Shown: piece after piece, positions 58,411 to 64,000 of the stretch | Numbering within the stretch: the first letter of the stretch is position 1 | Layout: each line of letters begins with the position of its first letter | Source: an uncultured Eubacteriales bacterium | GTDB lineage: Bacteria > Bacillota > Clostridia > Christensenellales > CAG-138 | Length of the DNA: 64,000 nucleotides | Assembly: GCA_902765005.1 (NCBI GenBank) | Contig: CACWYB010000023.1 | Coordinates: 3,687-67,686, forward strand | Direction: 5' to 3' | The notes under the pieces: model-generated | The model's input: the letters and a program-made list of their open reading frames with translations, nothing else | Told to the model about the DNA's origin: nothing | Databases searched by the model: none | Program-made: the position numbers and the translations under genes

Positions 58411-59936
58411 GCATCCGCCTCCTTACGGGAGCCGGTCATGTAGAACCCGATCTCCTCTTTGGTGATTTCGTCGGCCTTGAATTCCCCGGTGATCCGGCCC
58501 TCGTAGAGGGTGATGATCCGATCCGACAGGCGGAAGACCTCGTCCAGGTCCGCAGAGCTCAGCAGGATGGCCGCCCCGGCGTTCCGCCGCTCGATGATGC
58601 GGGTGTGGAAGAACTCCATGGCGCCGATGTCCACGCCACGGGTGGGCTGGGAGATGATGAGGGCCGGGGTGTCGAAGGTGAACTCCCGGGCCACCACCAC
58701 CTTCTGCATGTTGCCGCCGGACATGGACCCCACGGGGATGTGGATGCCGGCGCCTCGGATGTCGAATTTGTCGTAGAGCTCCTGGGCGTAGCGGTCGATG
58801 GTGGAACGGCGCTGATGGAACCCAAAGAGGTTGAACCGCTTCTCCTTATGGCGGCCCATGAGCAGGTTATCCGCCACGGAGGCGACCTTGTCCACCCCGG
58901 TGGAAAGCCTGTCCTCCGGCACGTGGGAAAGGCCCATCTGCCGGATCTGGCCGGGGCTCTTGCCCGTGGCCGGCTGGCCGCAGACGCTGACGGAACCCTT
59001 TTCGATCTTCCTCAGGCCCGTGATGGCCTCCAACAGCTCGCTTTGGCCGTTGCCCTCGATGGCGGCGATGCCCAGCACCTCCCCCTTGCGCACGGCGAAG
59101 GAGGCGCCCCGGACCGCAGGCAGGCCCCGGTTGTCCGCCACGAACAGGTCCTTCACCTGGATGGCTACCTCGCCGGGCTCTCCCTTTTTATCCAGATGAT
59201 CGAAGAGCACGGGCCGGCCCACCATCATGGAGGCCAAAATGCGCTCGTCCACCTCGCAGGTGTTCTTCACGCCGATGAGCTTGCCGGCGCGCATGACCCC
59301 CACCCTATCCGAGATGGCCATGACCTCGTAGAGCTTGTGGGTGATGATAATGACGGTCATGTTCTTTTCCCGGACGATCCGGCGGATGACCTCGAAGAGC
59401 TCGTCCGTCTCCTGGGGGGTGAGCACGGCGGTGGGCTCGTCCAGGATCAGGATCTGGGCCCCCCGGTACAGGGTCTTGAGGATCTCCACCCGCTGCTGCA
59501 GGCCCACGGAGATATCCCGTACCTCCGCGGAAGGGTCCACCTCCAGGCCGTATTCCGCCACCAGCTCCCGGGTCACCTTCTCGGCTTTGCGGTTGTCGAA
59601 CAGGACGGCGGCGCTCCTGGGCTCATGACCCAGGACGATGTTTTGGGCCACGGTGAAGGACGGCACCAGCATGAAGTGCTGATGGACCATGCCGATGCCC
59701 CGGTCGATGGCCGCCTTGGGGGCGAAGGTGGTGACCTTCTCCCCGCGCACGAACAGCTCCCCGGCCGTGGGCTCGTTGATGCCGTAGAGAATGTTCATCA
59801 GGGTGGATTTGCCCGCGCCGTTCTCCCCCACCAGGGCGAAGACCTCGCCCCTATGGATGGAGAGCGAAATGTCGTCGTTGGCCAATACCCCCGGAAATTC
59901 CATGGAAATGTGTGAAAAGCGGATCTCCTCTTCCAA
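58407..59936 (-). CDS. Nucleoside/sugar ABC transporter ATP-binding protein (two ABC domains)
   Basis: GENGAGKST, LDEPT, MSGGNMQK and QPTRGVD motifs; TTG start after GAGGAGG. Confidence 0.92.
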   Translation of the reverse strand: MEEEIRFSHISMEFPGVLANDDISLSIHRGEVFALVGENGAGKSTLMNILYGINEPTAGELFVRGEKVTTFAPKAAIDRGIGMVHQHFMLVPSFTVAQNIVLGHEPRSAAVLFDNRKAEKVTRELVAEYGLEVDPSAEVRDISVGLQQRVEILKTLYRGAQILILDEPTAVLTPQETDELFEVIRRIVREKNMTVIIITHKLYEVMAISDRVGVMRAGKLIGVKNTCEVDERILASMMVGRPVLFDHLDKKGEPGEVAIQVKDLFVADNRGLPAVRGASFAVRKGEVLGIAAIEGNGQSELLEAITGLRKIEKGSVSVCGQPATGKSPGQIRQMGLSHVPEDRLSTGVDKVASVADNLLMGRHKEKRFNLFGFHQRRSTIDRYAQELYDKFDIRGAGIHIPVGSMSGGNMQKVVVAREFTFDTPALIISQPTRGVDIGAMEFFHTRIIERRNAGAAILLSSADLDEVFRLSDRIITLYEGRITGEFKADEITKEEIGFYMTGSRKEADA

Positions 59937-60053
59937 GCTGTTCCCTCCTCGCGCCCGGGATTTAGGTCCTGTTTGTAGAAAAGCCGGCGACCGCAGCCGC
60001 CGGAGAAAGGAAGCTACCCCCAAAGCAGGGGTAGCTTCCCAAGGTTCGTTTGC

Positions 60054-61055
60054 TTATTTGCGGGTGGACTCCACGGTGATCTCGCCGGAGGTGATCTTCT
60101 TGGCCAGATCCTCCACGGCGGCCTTCACGTCGTCGGGAACCTGCTGGGTGGCGCCGGCTTCGCCGTAGCCGATGCCCACATAGCCGTCGGACAGGTTGGC
60201 CACCCAGGTGGTGCCCCACAGGGACTTGTCGCCGGAGAGGTACTTGGCGATGGCGTCATAGATGGAGGCGCCCACTTCCTTCTTCATGGAGGCGACGATG
60301 ACCGCGTCGTTGATGTACTTCTGGTCGCTGTCCACGCCGATGGCGTAGAAGCCGCCCTCCTCCGCCGCCTCAAACACGCCGTCGCCGGCCTTGGAGGCGA
60401 TCTGGAAGATCACGTCCGCGCCCTTGTCGTGGAGGGCCTTGGCGCACTCCTTGCCCTTGGCGGGATCGTCGTAGTCGTTGGTGTAGTTGACCTCCACCTT
60501 GGTGGCGGCGTTGGCATAGGCGGCGCCCTGCTTGTAGCCCACGATGAAGTCGTTGATGGTGTCGGAATCCTCGCCGCCCACGGCGCCGATGGTACCGGAC
60601 TTGGTCAAAGAGGCAGCGATGTAGCCCGCCAGGAAGGAGCCCTCGTTCTGAGCGTAGGTGATGTTGAGCACGTTGGGGATGGCTTCGCCGGTGGCGTTGT
60701 CGATCCAGATGAAGTCCACGTTGGGATACTCGGGGGCCACGGTCTCAATCTCATAGAACTCCCAGCCCACGCAGACCACGATGTTGGCCACGTCCGCGGC
60801 GTTGCGCATCTGGACGGTGTGGTTGTCGTTGTTGCACTCGATGTACTTCACTTCCACGTTGGAGAATTCCTTGGCGAGCCTGTCGCCGCCCTCCTTGGAA
60901 GAATCGTAGAAGGAGCGATCGCCGAAGGTGCCGGCCACCACGATGGCCACCACGGTTTTGCTGTCCTCGGCGGGCTTATCCGCAGGGGCCTTCTTGCAGC
61001 CGATGACGCCCAGGGCCAGGATCAGGGCCAGGGCCAATGCCAAATATTTCTTCAT
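60054..61055 (-). CDS. BMP family ABC substrate-binding lipoprotein
   Basis: Lipobox VIGC; GDRSFY, NEGSFLAG and AIGVDSDQ motifs. Confidence 0.92.
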   Translation of the reverse strand: MKKYLALALALILALGVIGCKKAPADKPAEDSKTVVAIVVAGTFGDRSFYDSSKEGGDRLAKEFSNVEVKYIECNNDNHTVQMRNAADVANIVVCVGWEFYEIETVAPEYPNVDFIWIDNATGEAIPNVLNITYAQNEGSFLAGYIAASLTKSGTIGAVGGEDSDTINDFIVGYKQGAAYANAATKVEVNYTNDYDDPAKGKECAKALHDKGADVIFQIASKAGDGVFEAAEEGGFYAIGVDSDQKYINDAVIVASMKKEVGASIYDAIAKYLSGDKSLWGTTWVANLSDGYVGIGYGEAGATQQVPDDVKAAVEDLAKKITSGEITVESTRK

Positions 61056-61157
61056 TTTGTTTTCCTCCTCAATATTGCCCTATTCGGGTATGGTACCAAT
61101 ATAATACGAAACAGCCGCTTTTTCAACCCACATTTTGGGATCTGCCCCGGCAAAAAC

Positions 61158-61838
61158 TCAGTATCCCTGCTGCCGGGTCAGAACGGCCCGCTTATGCAAG
61201 AAGTAGACAAGCGCCCCGCTCAGCAGCACCAGCACCCCGGCCAGGATGAATAGCGGCGCCACGCTCCCCTTCCCCGCCTCTTTGCCGGCCTGCATCCTTT
61301 TGGCGGCGGCTTTGAACCCGGCCCCGAAGGCTTCGGCATAGGAGGTGTTGAGCCGGTCCTGATAGGCCTGCTCCATGGCGTCCAGCAGGATCTGCCGATC
61401 CTCCGCCGAAAGGTTGCTTTCGGGCCCTACCTGGGCCGCCAGGTAGTATTTGTCCTCTCCCCACTCGTCGTAGACCACCAGCAGATGGCCCTCGTCCTCG
61501 AAGAGAGCCTCATATTGGTCGTGGGCGTAGGCGTCCAGAGCCTCCGGCTCCACCCCGCTCAGGATGGACAGGTAGGGGCGCAGGCCCACCTGCCGCCGAA
61601 ACGCCTTCATGCCGCTCACAAGGGGGCCGTCCTTCTCGATGCGGCCCAGCTCGTCCGCGTACCAGCCCCCGTCCCAAAGGGCGTCGCCGGCGGCCTTCTC
61701 CTCCTGGCTGCAGGAGGAGAGGCTCACGATGAGCACCACGATAAGCAGCACCGCCAGGGCCCCTAAGAGGACCAGGGGGGCGCAGCCGATGCTTTGGTTT
61801 TTCTTCCGCTTCTTGCCTTTTAGTTTCTTCTTTGCCAT
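61158..61838 (-). CDS. Hypothetical membrane protein (TPM-like extracellular domain between two TMs)
   Basis: N- and C-terminal TM helices; YADELG and YEALFEDEGHLL. Confidence 0.55.
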   Translation of the reverse strand: MAKKKLKGKKRKKNQSIGCAPLVLLGALAVLLIVVLIVSLSSCSQEEKAAGDALWDGGWYADELGRIEKDGPLVSGMKAFRRQVGLRPYLSILSGVEPEALDAYAHDQYEALFEDEGHLLVVYDEWGEDKYYLAAQVGPESNLSAEDRQILLDAMEQAYQDRLNTSYAEAFGAGFKAAAKRMQAGKEAGKGSVAPLFILAGVLVLLSGALVYFLHKRAVLTRQQGY

Positions 61839-61842
61839 TCCT

Positions 61843-62769
61843 CTACACCAATCCCATCAACAGATTTAAGAACAGATACACCAGCGGCGTGGTGGCCGTG
61901 CAGAGCACGGCGGTCAAGGCCATGCACTCCCCTGCCAGCACGCTGTTTTTCCCATATTCCACGCAGAACATGAGGGGCACGCTCCCCACGGGGAACCCGG
62001 CGGCCAGCACCACGACGATGGTGAGCATGGGGTCCACGGGCAGCCAGAACAGGAGCAGGGCCACCGCCATGGGCAGAAGAAGCATCCTGAGCAGGGAGAT
62101 CTTGTAGACCATGGGGTCCTTCAGGCCCGTTTTCAAGTTGGCCCGGGCCACCACCGCCCCGGAGATGAGCATGGCCAGGGGGGTGTTCATGTTCCCCAGC
62201 TTTTCAAGGGGGGAAGCGATCATCTGCGGCAGCAGCAGCCCGGTGGAAAAGCACACCAGGCCCAGGGCGATCGCCACAAGGGCGGGGCTGATCAGCCGCT
62301 TCACGGTGACCTTCAGGCTGTCGTGGCGGCCGGACATGACGATGACCCCGTAGGTCCAGACCAGCACGTTGAACATGGTGATCATGGTGGTCAGGTAAAA
62401 GACCCCCTCCGTGCCGTAGATGCCGGAGATGAGGGGGATGCCGAAGAAGCCCGTGTTGGGAAAGGCGCTGACCACCAGGCCCACCTCCCTGTCCCGGCTC
62501 CCCTTGGGGAAGAAGAGATAGGGGATCAGGATCATGAGCAGAAAGGCGGCTGTGGCCATGGCCATGCAGAGCATGAAGTTGGTGAGCAGCCCCCTGTCGA
62601 AGGCCCGTTGATAGGCCATGAACAGGTACACCGGCTGGACCACCTTCAGCAGCAGCCCCGTCAGCTTCTTCTCCGCCAGCTCGTCGATGAGCCCCACCTT
62701 GCTGCACAGAAAGCCGATGCTCAACAGCAGCAGCAGGCCCACCACGGTTTTCAGAATGGTCAGGATCAT
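61843..62769 (-). CDS. AEC (auxin efflux carrier) family transporter
   Basis: FPNTGFFGIP, ISPAL and NTPLAMLISG motifs. Confidence 0.88.
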   Translation of the reverse strand: MILTILKTVVGLLLLLSIGFLCSKVGLIDELAEKKLTGLLLKVVQPVYLFMAYQRAFDRGLLTNFMLCMAMATAAFLLMILIPYLFFPKGSRDREVGLVVSAFPNTGFFGIPLISGIYGTEGVFYLTTMITMFNVLVWTYGVIVMSGRHDSLKVTVKRLISPALVAIALGLVCFSTGLLLPQMIASPLEKLGNMNTPLAMLISGAVVARANLKTGLKDPMVYKISLLRMLLLPMAVALLLFWLPVDPMLTIVVVLAAGFPVGSVPLMFCVEYGKNSVLAGECMALTAVLCTATTPLVYLFLNLLMGLV

Positions 62770-62924
62770 GCCTTACGCCCGCCCCCATTTCTCGTTTGCA
62801 TCCAGTGTAAAGCCTTCCTCCCCTTCCGTCAACAAAACTTTGCATGAAAAACCATCTGTATTCACAATGTGTTCAAAATGATGCGTCATACTGATGCCAT
62901 ACAAATGAGGGACGGTTATCGGGC

Positions 62925-63362
62925 ATGAAGGAACGCTGGAAAGAACGCTTGCGCAAGTTTATGGAAGGCCGCTATGGGGTGGATGAGCTGAATCGGTTTT
63001 TGACCCTGTGCGGCTGGGTGCTGCTGCTGGGGGGCTTCGTGCTCTCCCTGTTCAACAACCGTGTCACCTGGATCATCGGCACGGTGATGGTCACCCTGTC
63101 CTGGGCCTTTCTGGTGCTGGGGCTCATGCGCTCCCTGTCCCGGAAGACCAGCCAGCGGGCTTCGGAGAACTATAAGTACTTCGTGTACAAGAACCGGGCG
63201 ACAGGCTGGTTTCGCCGGCTCAAGAACCGGTGGGCCGACCGGAAGGAGCATAAATACTTCCGCTGCCCCCAGTGCCGCGCCACGGTCCGGGTGCCCCGGG
63301 GCAAGGGCAAGATCCGCATCACCTGCCCCCGCTGCAAGAACACCTTTATCAAAAAAAGCTGA
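62925..63362 (+). CDS. Membrane protein with C-terminal zinc ribbon
   Basis: FMEGRYGVDEL, two TMs, CPQC..RVPRGKG..CPRC. Confidence 0.8.
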   Translation: MKERWKERLRKFMEGRYGVDELNRFLTLCGWVLLLGGFVLSLFNNRVTWIIGTVMVTLSWAFLVLGLMRSLSRKTSQRASENYKYFVYKNRATGWFRRLKNRWADRKEHKYFRCPQCRATVRVPRGKGKIRITCPRCKNTFIKKS

Positions 63363-63369
63363 CTTAAGC

Positions 63370-63657
63370 TTATACCTCTTTTGACACGGCTTCCAGCAGC
63401 GCCTGCAGGAAGCCTTTGTTTTCCACATCCTCCACCAGAAGCATCTCCTTGGCCCCCGGATAGGGCAGCTCCCGAGGCGCATCCGGCAGCAGAGCCAAGG
63501 CGGATCGGGTGGGCTTCACCAGGAGCCTGTCGTCGTAGACGCCGCCCACCACCTTGCCGCGAAAATAGAGGATAAACTCCCCCATCATGGGCCGCCAGGA
63601 CACCTCCTCGCTCAGGCCCTCCAGGAGAAACGTCAGATACCCTTTGTCGGACGCCAT
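63370..63657 (-). CDS. TfoX/Sxy N-terminal domain protein
   Basis: MMGEFILY, GGVYDDRLLVKPT and PYPGAK motifs. Confidence 0.85.
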   Translation of the reverse strand: MASDKGYLTFLLEGLSEEVSWRPMMGEFILYFRGKVVGGVYDDRLLVKPTRSALALLPDAPRELPYPGAKEMLLVEDVENKGFLQALLEAVSKEV

Positions 63658-63658
63658 A

Positions 63659-64000
63659 TCACCTGCTCCTTACACGCAATGTCTTCAAATAGTCCTTCCG
63701 CTCCGCCGGGATGCGGAAGCTCTCCACCGCCTTCTGGATGGCCTTGTTGTGGGTCCAGGGGTCCAGCCGCCGCTTCTGCAGATAGGGCAGGGCCGCCTCA
63801 TACTGCTTGGCCAGGGCCGTGGCGAAGTACCAGGCCCGCATCATGTTCACGTAGTATTCCTCGGATCGGATGTCCGCCACCCAGGCCGGATAGACCGGGT
63901 CGAAGGCCTCGCTCAGATAGTGCTGCATCAGCATGCCGATCCCGAAGCGGACCGTGTACACATGCCCGCTCTTCAGCCAACCCTTTATGGCGGGGAGCAG
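63659..64000 (-). CDS. DNA alkylation repair protein (AlkD-like), C-terminal part
   Basis: Frame open from the window edge; YTVRFG, EEYYVNMMRAWYFATALAKQ and THNKAIQKA motifs. Confidence 0.85.
   Translation of the reverse strand: MLPAIKGWLKSGHVYTVRFGIGMLMQHYLSEAFDPVYPAWVADIRSEEYYVNMMRAWYFATALAKQYEAALPYLQKRRLDPWTHNKAIQKAVESFRIPAERKDYLKTLRVRSR

Noticed and set aside
61056-61157. Purine riboswitch upstream of the nucleoside ABC operon (also checked upstream of guaA)
   Set aside because: Promoter-to-start leaders are too short and lack the aptamer core.

Overview
This 64-kb window is GC-rich chromosomal DNA from a spore-former-type Clostridia/Firmicutes genome, probably a metagenomic assembly. 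It carries mostly housekeeping and nutrient-uptake genes. From the left: a peptide/amide-processing operon (exported C69 peptidase, lipoprotein, TRAP-M-like permease, a 57-aa membrane protein, AstE/AspA-like deacylase), SRAP, type I pullulanase, an SLC13 permease, a PHP phosphatase, GMP synthase (ATPase domain only), M18 aminopeptidase, HxlR with a flavin reductase, tldD/tldE, two COG0523-type metallochaperones, spoVT, an OmpR two-component system, galM and a spoIIE-spoIIGA-sigE cluster. Further on: an LRR lipoprotein, tmk, SRP RNA, a complete A/V-type Na+-ATPase operon, upp, rpiB, sua5, prfA, prmC, an ECF sigma/anti-sigma pair, MoxR-DUF58-transglutaminase, a BMP nucleoside ABC transporter, an AEC transporter, TfoX and AlkD-like genes. 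I found no transposase, integrase, phage gene, CRISPR array, tRNA or rRNA. Most notable observations: (1) seven genes carry short internal lesions, six of them deletions in very conserved segments (prfA, ntpB, upp, sigE, M18 aminopeptidase, SRP RNA) plus a frameshift in an LRR gene; most likely an assembly artefact, but testable. (2) A four-copy family of AT-rich double/triple-hairpin intergenic elements that start just after stop codons. (3) A readable TTACAA-N5-TTACAA regulon linking the OmpR-type regulator to two uncharacterised exported proteins. (4) An uncharacterised extracellular peptidase/deacylase plus TRAP-like uptake operon. (5) An unusual translationally coupled spoIIE-spoIIGA(-sigE) operon.
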